Source: Zestosphaera tikiterensis
GTDB lineage: Archaea > Thermoproteota > Thermoprotei_A > Sulfolobales > NBVN01
Direction of reading: 5' to 3'
NCBI GenBank assembly: GCA_003056265.1
Contig: NBVN01000002.1
Span: 510,001-542,000, forward strand
Length of the DNA stretch: 32,000 nt
Within the stretch, counting starts at the first letter, position 1. Every line of letters starts with the position of its first letter. The position numbers and the translations under genes were made by a program. Shown piece after piece: positions 18,212 to 25,920 of the stretch. A model generated the notes under the pieces. The model did no database searches and had not been told where the DNA came from. It saw only the letters and a list, made by a program, of their open reading frames with translations.

Positions 18212-19174
18212 TTGAAGGAATGCGTCCATAGCCGTTCTATAGATTTAAAGAAGGCCTGCTTAAAGGTATTAACTACGGCGTTGTTGGTTTTAATTCTTTC
18301 CTTAACTCTTCAGGCGGTGTTTGTTGAGGGTAAGTACTCCGTCGTAAGTAGGTATATACTGTATGAGGACGGTACGGCTATGGTCACTTTATTCGTTAGT
18401 AATATCGAAGGCGAGAACGTCATATACCTACCACTTGAGAAGGGGTATAATCAATATACGTTGAGGGTTCTGCAGGATAGCATACCATCACCTTTCAACA
18501 TAACTTCAGATGGTAGGTTAATGATTGAAGTTTCCGGGGTTACTTCAGTTATAGTGGAGTATGAAGCTTCCTTAGGTACTTTAATAAATGACTCGATAGT
18601 GGAGGTTAATTTAAATCCCTTTACACAGGCAGTCGTTGTTTTACCGCCTAATGCCGCGCTGCTGTACTTCAGTGGAAAACCGCAAATAGATGTGGAAAGC
18701 AACGGCATAACTAACGTAATCTTAAGCTATTCTGAAGGCGGTTCATACACTATTAAATTCGTGCCTATTCCAGGGGGAGCGACTGTTACCAGCCCATCCA
18801 AACCACCTACGCAGCAAACCACGCAAGCCCCCGCCGGCGGTGGTATGATTACGTTCTTAGTTGGTGGTTCAGCCATTGCCGTAGCTGTAGCTCTACTTCT
18901 TCTATTTATCTTCCTTAGGAGGAGGGGCGAACCTATAGAGCCGGAAATGCACGTTGGTTTGGATGAGAGGGATTTAAAGTTGCTTAAGATTTTAGAGCGT
19001 GGTGAGGTAAGCCTTGCTGAGTTAGCTAAGGAATCAGGTCTTAATAAGTCCGTAGTTTGGCGTAGGATGAAGCGGTTAAGCGATGAGGGGTTGGTAGAGC
19101 AGAGGTATGAGAAGGGGAAGCTCGTGTTTAAACTGACTGTTAAAGGGATTAAGAAGTTGAAGGAGTTGAAGTAG
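18212..19174 (+). CDS. Membrane-anchored winged-helix protein: N-terminal TM or signal anchor, ~190-aa extracytoplasmic domain, P/T/Q linker, TM, cytoplasmic wHTH
   Basis: Hydrophobic segments are LKVLTTALLVLILSLTLQAVFV and MITFLVGGSAIAVAVALLLLFIF, the second followed by RRRG (positive-inside). The C-terminus LKLLKILERGEVSLAELAKESGLNKSVVWRRMKRLSDEGLV is a MarR/Lrp-type wHTH. Confidence 0.6.
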   Translation: MKECVHSRSIDLKKACLKVLTTALLVLILSLTLQAVFVEGKYSVVSRYILYEDGTAMVTLFVSNIEGENVIYLPLEKGYNQYTLRVLQDSIPSPFNITSDGRLMIEVSGVTSVIVEYEASLGTLINDSIVEVNLNPFTQAVVVLPPNAALLYFSGKPQIDVESNGITNVILSYSEGGSYTIKFVPIPGGATVTSPSKPPTQQTTQAPAGGGMITFLVGGSAIAVAVALLLLFIFLRRRGEPIEPEMHVGLDERDLKLLKILERGEVSLAELAKESGLNKSVVWRRMKRLSDEGLVEQRYEKGKLVFKLTVKGIKKLKELK

Positions 19175-19189
19175 TGGGGGATTAGTTTA

Positions 19190-19432
19190 TTAACTTCCTT
19201 TCTCTTCTATGGTTTCAACGAATATCTTCCTAGCTATCCCCCTACCTAAAGCTATTTCAGTACCTCTAACCTTAACTACTAATCGACCGACGTTGTTAAT
19301 CATAACCTCAACTACTTCGTTAGGTATTAAACCCATCTGATAAAGTCTTTCTAGGAGGCCCTTCCCGGCCTCAACCCGTATGACCCGTGCTTTAGAACCG
19401 CTTGGTAGGTCAGCTAAGGTTGTTGAACTCAT
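19190..19432 (-). CDS. FeoA-domain small protein
   Basis: The sequence LADLPSGSKARVIRVEAGKGLLERLYQMGLIPNEVVEV is a FeoA/SH3-like domain. I prefer the ATG at 19432, which is preceded by GAGGAGGT (SD-like), over the TTG at 19450. It overlaps the 3' end of the DtxR-like gene. Confidence 0.7.
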   Translation of the reverse strand: MSSTTLADLPSGSKARVIRVEAGKGLLERLYQMGLIPNEVVEVMINNVGRLVVKVRGTEIALGRGIARKIFVETIEEKGS

Positions 19433-20087
19433 CGCATGCGACCTCCTCAACCCCTACGGCTTGGCTTTCATCAAGCGTTAAAATCACTTCCCTACCGTTT
19501 CTAAGCCTTACGGTTATTCCCCTAACGCCTTTACCTACGACTTTAACTAAGCAGCTAACGTCGCATCCAACCTCTTTAAACTTAGTTAAAACACACCTTA
19601 ACTCGTTAATAAAGCACTTCACTTTATAACACCTACCCTCCACCGAATTACTTAAAGGTACGTAATCCACGTTTTGAAGGGGCTGTTTTAAATCTGGTGT
19701 GGGGCAGACGGCGGGTCTGCCCATCTTCTCATATATAGCTTCAATCACTTCCTGAGGTAGGTGCTCCATCTCATGAGCTAGTTCGTGAGCTTTAACTACG
19801 TCAAACCCTAAAAACTCCCTTAGGAATGTCTCAAGTATTGCGTGATTCCTTAATATCTTAACGGCTAGCTCCTTACCGGATTCAGTAAGTCTAGCTCCTT
19901 TATAGCTAATTACTTGAATTAAGCCCTTCCGACTCAACCCTCTTAAAACCTTACTTACGGTGCCTTCCTTAACGTTTAACTCTTTAGCTAGTTGAGATGT
20001 TTTCGCATATCCGTAGATGTTCTCAAGCCTGTAAACAGCTATTAAGTAGTCTTCAACAGCCTCCCTAGACTTCCTACCGCTCACCAC
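19410..20087 (-). CDS. DtxR/MntR-family metal-dependent transcriptional repressor with a C-terminal FeoA/SH3-like domain
   Basis: The N-terminal wHTH is EDYLIAVYRL...AKTSQLAKELNVKEGTVSKVLRGLSRKGLI. A metal/dimerisation helix region follows (HAILETFL...AHELAHEMEH). The start is a GTG. Confidence 0.85.
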   Translation of the reverse strand: MVSGRKSREAVEDYLIAVYRLENIYGYAKTSQLAKELNVKEGTVSKVLRGLSRKGLIQVISYKGARLTESGKELAVKILRNHAILETFLREFLGFDVVKAHELAHEMEHLPQEVIEAIYEKMGRPAVCPTPDLKQPLQNVDYVPLSNSVEGRCYKVKCFINELRCVLTKFKEVGCDVSCLVKVVGKGVRGITVRLRNGREVILTLDESQAVGVEEVACDEFNNLS

Positions 20088-20126
20088 CCATCAACCACTT
20101 TAAGGTTTCTTAGGAGGTATAATATA

Positions 20127-20144
20127 TTTTAGACATGTCTAAAA
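20127..20144. promoter_or_regulatory. Perfect 18-bp palindrome TTTTAGACATGTCTAAAA next to the TATA-like box of the DtxR-family gene. Candidate autoregulatory operator.
   Basis: The palindrome was read directly and is self-complementary. It abuts TATAATATAT (about 20118-20127), which lies about 35-40 nt upstream of the GTG start at 20087 on the minus strand. Confidence 0.5.
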
Positions 20145-20193
20145 CGCTAGCAGAGGAGTTAATGGCACCCCACATCCAGACGGTTTAAACCGC

Positions 20194-20706
20194 TTACTCG
20201 GTTCTAACCCTAACCACGCTGCCTACGATGTTAGTTAATATCTCCTCAAGTAATTCCCGCCTAATAGGTAGGTGTCTACTTTCCTGCCTAGGCACTCGTA
20301 TTATATGCTCTACTGAGCCGTCAGGCAGCCAAATAGTGTTTACTCCGGAGATCCTAGCGGGGAAAACCAACTGCTTAACTAACTCCTTAAGGTCTTTAAC
20401 GTTGGTTATAACCCTAGCTTTCACGTTGAGGTACTCGCTTAAAGACCTGCTTAACTTACTTAAAACTCTAGGGTCTATTAACTCGTTAGGCTCATCTATA
20501 ACCACTATCAATACGTCCTTACTTTTGAAGGACTTAACGTATGTTGATTCATGCAGGAATTTAAAGTCTGGTTTCTCCTCAAGATCTAGTAAAGCCCTTA
20601 AAACGTCGACTTCATACTCACCTACTTGACCACTGCTAACTAACCCTTGACATCTAGGGCATAGCACACCAGTCTTAACACATAGGTAGTCTAAAGGTAT
20701 CTTCAC
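20194..20706 (-). CDS. Conserved archaeal protein with an N-terminal zinc-ribbon-like CPRC motif and a NusA/KH-like C-terminal region; putative RNA-binding
   Basis: The N-terminus is CVKTGVLCPRCQGLV. The C-terminal LVFPARISGVNTIWLPDGSVEHIIRV pattern resembles a NusA-type KH domain but lacks a clear GXXG. Weak assignment. Confidence 0.35.
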   Translation of the reverse strand: MKIPLDYLCVKTGVLCPRCQGLVSSGQVGEYEVDVLRALLDLEEKPDFKFLHESTYVKSFKSKDVLIVVIDEPNELIDPRVLSKLSRSLSEYLNVKARVITNVKDLKELVKQLVFPARISGVNTIWLPDGSVEHIIRVPRQESRHLPIRRELLEEILTNIVGSVVRVRTE

Positions 20707-20813
20707 CCTACCTCAGCACTCCTACACTCACATATTTCGTCATTAATAAATACTAGCTAACCTTTATAAACGAATCATTACGTTATTTATAGCTTGTAAC
20801 CACTCTAATATAG

Positions 20814-21392
20814 GTGAGTAGGTTGGTCTATAACGTCTCGTGTTTAGGTAAGTTATTATCAGCTTTAAAGAGTAAAGGCTTAGAAGGCGTTGTAATCGGG
20901 AGTACGGCGTATACGTTGAGGCAGGGGCTTAAGGAGTTTGAAGACGATGTCGACCTCTTCCTAACGTCTTTATCTCCGACGTATGATGAGGATAGGATAG
21001 CCAGTATAGCTAGTGAGTTGGGGTGTTTCTTAGGACAGACTGAATGGGGTACTCCACAGCTGAGGTGTGTTATTAACGAATGTGAGGTTACGGTTGACTT
21101 ATATGAAAATATGTATGATTTCTACATTCCTACTGAAATACTTGAAGAGTCTGAGAAAGTTCGGGTAGGCGGGTTTGAAATCAAGTTGATTAAGTTGGAG
21201 GACTACTTAATACTTAAGGCTAAGTCAGGTAGGGAGGAAGACCTCGAGGAGTTAAGCAACATATCAAACGACGTTAAAAGCGGGAAGGTTAAAATAAATA
21301 AAAACGTAATTATTAAAAGGCTTAACCTCTTCGAAGATTATGAGAAGGACTTAATAGTTAAGAGACTTAAAAACGCGGGTATCCCTCTATAG
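20814..21392 (+). CDS. Hypothetical protein, possible minimal nucleotidyltransferase fold
   Basis: VVIGSTAYTL....EDDVDLFL (GS...DxD-like) and a later LILKAKSGREEDLEEL are reminiscent of MNT/AbiEii-like NTases. The start is a GTG. Confidence 0.35.
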   Translation: MSRLVYNVSCLGKLLSALKSKGLEGVVIGSTAYTLRQGLKEFEDDVDLFLTSLSPTYDEDRIASIASELGCFLGQTEWGTPQLRCVINECEVTVDLYENMYDFYIPTEILEESEKVRVGGFEIKLIKLEDYLILKAKSGREEDLEELSNISNDVKSGKVKINKNVIIKRLNLFEDYEKDLIVKRLKNAGIPL

Positions 21393-21400
21393 CTTAGGAA

Positions 21401-21568
21401 CTACTTCTTAACGCCTACCCTCTTCTTCTTAGGCCTTAAATCCCTACTCCTACATCTCCTACATTTAGTTGCGCCAGGCGGGTTTAAAGCCCCACACTTC
21501 CTACAAACCATCTTATTCAACAACCTAGCCTCAACGATCTTCAGTAAAGCAGGGTCGTTTACCGGCAT
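21401..21568 (-). CDS. rpl40e: 50S ribosomal protein L40e
   Basis: Below the ORF-track size cutoff and translated by hand: [55 protein letters not shown] (55 aa). It has a CxxC...CxxC zinc ribbon and a basic tail typical of L40e. A CTTATAAG TATA-like box lies about 35 nt upstream. Confidence 0.85.
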
Positions 21569-21870
21569 CTCGACACCTTATTAAAGGTTTAGTAAGCTCT
21601 TATAAGGGTTTCGGCTTCATCGTATTTTCAATTACTTGCCTTCATCACCCCTATTCTTTACTCTATCCCCGCTTTCCAAGAGCCTAGCTTCACTAAATAA
21701 TAACGCTTACATACTTTTAGCGAAATGATTGGAAGTAGCGGAAAACCATGAAAACTCGCGGAGGCTCCTCCCTTCAACTTAAGGTGGGGTGAGACCTCAC
21801 TTAAGTTTACGTATCGCAAAGTTTTAAAACTTCGTAAAAGCATTTTCTAGGGAGTAACGTCAAATTCGGA

Positions 21871-21961
21871 GCCGGGGTGGCCGAGCGGTCTAAGGCGGCG
21901 GGCTGCAGTGGTTCGTTGGTCACCCGCTTTCTCGCGGGTTCGAATCCCGCCCCCGGCTCCA
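21871..21961 (+). tRNA. tRNA-Cys (GCA) with a putative 13-nt intron after position 37; CCA encoded
   Basis: Hand fold:
- acceptor GCCGGGG/CCCCGGC
- D arm with GG
- anticodon stem GCGGG/CCCGC enclosing CTGCAG + TGGTTCGTTGGTC (about 21909-21921) + A
- T arm GCGGG-TTCGAAT-CCCGC
- discriminator U, the known tRNA-Cys identity base, then CCA

The variable region comes out at 6 nt, so the exact intron borders are uncertain. Confidence 0.75.
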
Positions 21962-21999
21962 TAAAGTTTAATGGAGTGTTGCTTAAGGTGTGTTGTTGA

Positions 22000-23871
22000 T
22001 TGAGTGATGAAGTAGTTGGTTTAGTTATTGCTGCTGGGTATGGAACTAGGTTGAAGCCGTATTCTGAATCATATCCTAAGTCCTTGCTGGAGTTGGAGCC
22101 CGGGGTTACCGTACTTGATTACTTAATCGGTTTGTTTAAGGAGGTAGGTATTAACGACTTCTACGTCGTTACTAGGGCGGAGCTTCAGGATGTTTTCAAG
22201 TCTAGGGTTGGTGAGTCTAGAGTTTTAGTTGTTGATGTTTCCTTAGGTGATGGTAACCTATGGACTTTACATCAAGCCTTAAGCAGATATGGGGAGGTGT
22301 TTAAGGGTAGGAAGATCCTTTTAACGATGTCTGACCACATATACGAGAAGGCTTTACTTCTTAAGGTCCTTCAAGCATCTAAAAACTCGGATAAGGTTTT
22401 ACTATGTCTTGATAGAAGCCCTAGAGGCGGTGAAGTAAGTGAGGGTTTGAAGGTTGTTGTTGACGGTGATGTAGTTGTTAGTTCGGGTAAGGGGTTACCT
22501 CCGGTAAGCGGTATTGACACAGGGGTTTTCATAATACCTAACCACCTGCTTGAATACGTGGGTGAGGTGGTTAAGGAGAAGGGGCGTAAAGCTAGCTTAG
22601 CGGATTTCATAAACTACTTAGGGGGGAGGGGCTTAGTAGGTTTTGTAGACGTTACTAAATGCTTATGGACGGATATAGACACGCCTGAAGACCTGGTTAA
22701 GGCTAGGAAGCTTTACTGGAGGATCTTAAGTAAGAACTTAATTAAAGAATCTGACGGTGTTGTATCCAGATTCCTTAATAGGAAGGTATCAACTCAAGTT
22801 AGTTTATGGCTTTACAGGTCTAGAGTTAAGGTAAGCCCTAACGTCATTACGGCGTTGGTGGGTCTTCTAGGTTTGGCGGCCAGCGTAGCTGTTTTCTATG
22901 GGAACGCTTTGCTAGGGGCTTCCTTAGCTATTTTAAACTCGATATTCGACGGCGTTGATGGGGAGGTCGCTAGACTCTATAAAATATCTTCGAAGTTCGG
23001 TGCTTTACTGGATACGCTAACCGACAGGGTTGTTGACACGGCCTTTATGTTCGCGGGGATATACTACATGATCGCTTATGAGTTTCTTGACGTTAGGTTT
23101 GCTTTAGTCTTAGGCTTCATAGCTTTATCGGGGGCTTACTTGGTTAGTTACGTAAGTAACTTCGTTGAGGATAAGGAACTCGTTAATAAGTTGAGGAATT
23201 CCTTCCCATACCCTACTAGGGACGTTAGGCTTTTCATATTGCCTATTTCACTAGCTTTAGGTAGGTTTGAAGTAGGGCTTGCTTACGTTGCTTTAGCTTC
23301 GTGGTTTTACGTAGCTTCAGTTGTTAAGGGATATAGAGTTGTTGGTAGGGGGGTTAAGAACTTAGTTCTTGAGAGGAGGTCTTTAATACCTGAGGTTAGG
23401 GGGTATTTAAAAATGGATGTTGAGGAGTTGTTTTTAAGTGTTGCTTACTTAGCTATACTTACTTACGTAACGGTAAACCTACATGCTTTAACGTTAAAAT
23501 ACGGTGGTGAGTTAAGCATGCTTTTATCGAGGGTTGTTGTTTTAGTTGGTGTTATCCTATCTGCTTACTTAATAGTTAAGGTAGTTACGGCATCGCTTAA
23601 AATAGCTGGATACGTTAAGGAGGTAGTCGTTACTAAGCTTTGGGTTACCCCAACAGTTTACGAGAAGATAGTTTTAGAAGCTTTATCTATAACCACTTTA
23701 GTTTTCGTAAAACCTTTCGCGTTAGTTTTCTTAAACTCCATAACCACGGCTGAATACGTTGAAGTTTCAGACCTTCTAATCAACGCTTTAACCCTAACCT
23801 TAATGCTTAAGCTGATGTACGACGTCTATAAAGCCGTTGAGCATTTAATACATCCGAGGAAAGAAGCTTAA
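22000..23871 (+). CDS. Bifunctional nucleotidyltransferase / CDP-alcohol phosphatidyltransferase (IPCT/DIPPS-like, di-myo-inositol-phosphate pathway) with an extra C-terminal polytopic extension
   Basis: The N-terminus has the NTP-transferase motif GLVIAAGYGTRLKP. The central region matches the CDP-alcohol transferase signature exactly: DGVDGEVARLYKISSKFGALLDTLTDR (DGxxARx8Gx3Dx3D). About 180 further residues with roughly 4-5 hydrophobic helices follow. The start is a TTG. Confidence 0.65.
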   Translation: MSDEVVGLVIAAGYGTRLKPYSESYPKSLLELEPGVTVLDYLIGLFKEVGINDFYVVTRAELQDVFKSRVGESRVLVVDVSLGDGNLWTLHQALSRYGEVFKGRKILLTMSDHIYEKALLLKVLQASKNSDKVLLCLDRSPRGGEVSEGLKVVVDGDVVVSSGKGLPPVSGIDTGVFIIPNHLLEYVGEVVKEKGRKASLADFINYLGGRGLVGFVDVTKCLWTDIDTPEDLVKARKLYWRILSKNLIKESDGVVSRFLNRKVSTQVSLWLYRSRVKVSPNVITALVGLLGLAASVAVFYGNALLGASLAILNSIFDGVDGEVARLYKISSKFGALLDTLTDRVVDTAFMFAGIYYMIAYEFLDVRFALVLGFIALSGAYLVSYVSNFVEDKELVNKLRNSFPYPTRDVRLFILPISLALGRFEVGLAYVALASWFYVASVVKGYRVVGRGVKNLVLERRSLIPEVRGYLKMDVEELFLSVAYLAILTYVTVNLHALTLKYGGELSMLLSRVVVLVGVILSAYLIVKVVTASLKIAGYVKEVVVTKLWVTPTVYEKIVLEALSITTLVFVKPFALVFLNSITTAEYVEVSDLLINALTLTLMLKLMYDVYKAVEHLIHPRKEA

Positions 23872-23931
23872 GGAGAGGTGTGATTAACGTCTTTAGTTTT
23901 CGAGGTATACACGTTTAAAATACCTGAAGCC

Positions 23932-24435
23932 TTGGTTAAGTCAGTTTTAAACATCCTTACCTACTTCGAACCAGTTAAAACCTTAAGTAGGGAGTTAAAC
24001 GACCTACCAAACGTTCTATACAACCCGTTTAGGAATCAATACAGAGGTACGTTAGTAAATAAACACTTAAGCAGTTTAAGGGCTTCACCGAACAGCGTAG
24101 TTTTAGGTGTTTTAGATGTTGACGCATACGTAGAACCTCTAAACTTCATATTCGGTTTAGCAACGCCGTACTTAATGACTGCTACAGTATACGTTAGAAG
24201 ACTTAAACTCGGAGCTAACGAAGAAAAACTAACTACTAGAGTGTTGAAGGAGGTAATCCACGAGTTAGGGCATATATTCGGTTTAGAACACTGCGTAAAT
24301 AGAAAATGCGTTATGAGCTTCAGCAACAACGTCTTCGAAGTAGATCATAAAGAACTTAAGTACTGCGAGAAACACTACGGAGAGTTAATTAAGAAAGGAT
24401 TTAAAGTATCTAACGCGTTAAAACTAACGCAATGA
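23932..24435 (+). CDS. amzA: Archaemetzincin-family zinc metalloprotease
   Basis: The sequence HELGHIFGLEHCVNRKCVMSF...YCEKH matches the HEXXHXXGX3CX4CXM archaemetzincin signature. The start is uncertain (TTG at 23932). Confidence 0.8.
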   Translation: MVKSVLNILTYFEPVKTLSRELNDLPNVLYNPFRNQYRGTLVNKHLSSLRASPNSVVLGVLDVDAYVEPLNFIFGLATPYLMTATVYVRRLKLGANEEKLTTRVLKEVIHELGHIFGLEHCVNRKCVMSFSNNVFEVDHKELKYCEKHYGELIKKGFKVSNALKLTQ

Positions 24436-24513
24436 ATGGAGGGGAAGTAAGATACGTATCTATGATACATACCTAAAGTAAGAATTAGAAATCCATAACA
24501 AACATACGCAAAG

Positions 24514-24525
24514 TTTAATATATAT
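24514..24525 (+). promoter_or_regulatory. TATA-like box (TTTAATATATAT) for the TasA-like operon
   Basis: An A/T box about 32-43 nt upstream of the ATG at 24557. It argues for the MNTKKALG start rather than the ATG at 24524, which overlaps the box. Confidence 0.45.
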
Positions 24526-24556
24526 GGTGTGGATACCTAAAACGCAGGTAAAAAAC

Positions 24557-25132
24557 ATGAACACGAAAAAAGCATTAGGTATAAGCGCCCTAACACTGTT
24601 AGTGTTAGTTCTAGGAGCAGCACTAGCTATGTGGAGTGAAACGCTAAAAGTAAACGTAAAAGTAGAAACAGGCGAAGTAAAGGTTAAATGGTCTGACTGG
24701 TCCTGCAGCGACACAGGCCCAGATCCTCAGGCAGAAGGATACAATAACAAAGAAGGTAAAGACGTAGCCAGTTGCGGCATTGAAATAGAAGTAAAGGACA
24801 ACGAAGGCAATCCGATAAAGTTGCTCGTTACTCTAAAGAACGCATACCCCGGATATAGCGTTGATATAACCTTAACCGTTGATAACATCGGTACAATACC
24901 AGTAAAACTCTACGACCATAAAATAAATGCTAATAAAACAGTCTTATCAGCTCTGTCTATAGATCTGCCAATACCTGAAGATACGCAGATAGATCCTGAT
25001 GGCAGCAGCACCTATACATTACATATTACGGTACTGCAAAGCGCTGCAGAATCAAGCACATACACGTTTGAAATTGAGTTAACGTTCGCTCAATGGAATG
25101 AAGTACCAACTACAACAACCACCGCAGCTTAA
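24557..25132 (+). CDS. Secreted TasA/camelysin-like protein with a SipW-type signal region (paralogue 1); candidate fibre subunit
   Basis: The signal region is MNTKKALGISALTLLVLVLGAALA, followed by MWSETLKVNVKVETGEV. This compares with the bacterial/archaeal SipW-cognate pattern A-x-F-S-D-T-E...N....G-T. An internal LKNAYPGYSVDITLTVDNIGTIPVKL is present. The C-terminus is YTFEIELTFAQWNEVPTTTTTAA. The track ORF starts at 24524. Confidence 0.65.
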   Translation: MNTKKALGISALTLLVLVLGAALAMWSETLKVNVKVETGEVKVKWSDWSCSDTGPDPQAEGYNNKEGKDVASCGIEIEVKDNEGNPIKLLVTLKNAYPGYSVDITLTVDNIGTIPVKLYDHKINANKTVLSALSIDLPIPEDTQIDPDGSSTYTLHITVLQSAAESSTYTFEIELTFAQWNEVPTTTTTAA

Positions 25133-25151
25133 GCAACTATAGGTGGTGTTA

Positions 25152-25832
25152 ATGAATTCCAAGACTTTAAAGGCTTTCGCTGGCGTTGCGTTGCTTTTGA
25201 TAGTTAGCGTAGGCGTTGCTATGTGGTCTGAAACATTACGAGTTAACGTAGCTGTAGCAACCGGCGAAGTAGATTGGGAAATCGTTCCAGGCCCGACAAC
25301 ATGGCTTGACGCTTGTGGTCTTCTACCAGGTTATGGTAACTACAGAGGAAACGATTGGAACGCATCCTACTTGCCGAAGCCGGGAGCAAAACAGCTTGAT
25401 AAGGACGTTGGCTGTACTGACGTAACTTTAATAGATAGCGATGGAGATGGAGATTACGACACTATGAATGTAACGCTTTATAACGTCTATCCATGGTATT
25501 ACACGCATATAGCGTTTAAAGTTCATAATGACGGTAGCGTACCTATAAAGATATGGAGGGTAGTTATCGACGGTCAGGAGTTTCACAAGTTAAATGAGCA
25601 AGAGTTAAAAGAGGGGTTATATTTAGATCTTACAGGCGATGAAAAATTTGACATATTGATATGGTGGGGAGATAACTTCGGTGTTCAATTACACCCATGC
25701 GAAAGCGCTGACGTGAGCTTTGATATAACTGTGCTTCAAGGCGCTCCGCAGGGCTCGACTTTAACGTTCACTATAAGTTTAGAAGCTATTCAATGGAATG
25801 AATACTCTACTCCAACCACTACTATAACTTAA
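25152..25832 (+). CDS. Secreted TasA/camelysin-like protein (paralogue 2)
   Basis: The N-terminus is MNSKTLKAFAGVALLLIVSVGVA | MWSETLRVNVAVATGEV. Internal LYNVYPWYYTHIAFKVHNDGSVPIKIW is present. The C-terminus is LTFTISLEAIQWNEYSTPTTTIT. An AGGTGGTG SD-like element lies just upstream of the ATG. The track start is the GTG at 25143. Confidence 0.65.
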   Translation: MNSKTLKAFAGVALLLIVSVGVAMWSETLRVNVAVATGEVDWEIVPGPTTWLDACGLLPGYGNYRGNDWNASYLPKPGAKQLDKDVGCTDVTLIDSDGDGDYDTMNVTLYNVYPWYYTHIAFKVHNDGSVPIKIWRVVIDGQEFHKLNEQELKEGLYLDLTGDEKFDILIWWGDNFGVQLHPCESADVSFDITVLQGAPQGSTLTFTISLEAIQWNEYSTPTTTIT

Positions 25833-25920
25833 GGTGAGGAATCACGTGTTGGGCGGTTAGATAAGATTAAATTCTTTTTGAGAGGAAATGTATTTTAAAT
25901 CATTGAGGTGGTGTAAAAAC

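Noticed and set aside
21658-21843. A 61-aa ORF in the rpl40e/tRNA-Cys spacer, and a C-box-like GTGATGA on the minus strand.
   Set aside because: The ORF has no motif or translation signals. No D box (CTGA) lies at a suitable distance from the C-box-like element, so a C/D sRNA call is unsupported. The region is kept only as a low-interest finding.
23884-23931. An in-frame stretch upstream of the archaemetzincin TTG start (LTSLVFEVYTFKIPEA) that looks like the family's usual first beta-strand but contains no ATG, GTG or TTG after the TGA at 23881.
   Set aside because: It could indicate a non-canonical start or an N-terminally trimmed protein. The resemblance rests on my memory of the family N-terminus and cannot be verified without an alignment.
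24460-24714. A minus-strand 84-aa ORF overlapping the promoter and start of TasA-like paralogue 1. ORF 24036-24329, antisense to archaemetzincin, was also considered.
   Set aside because: Both are opposite well-supported genes or promoters. The products are hydrophobic, low-complexity shadow translations.
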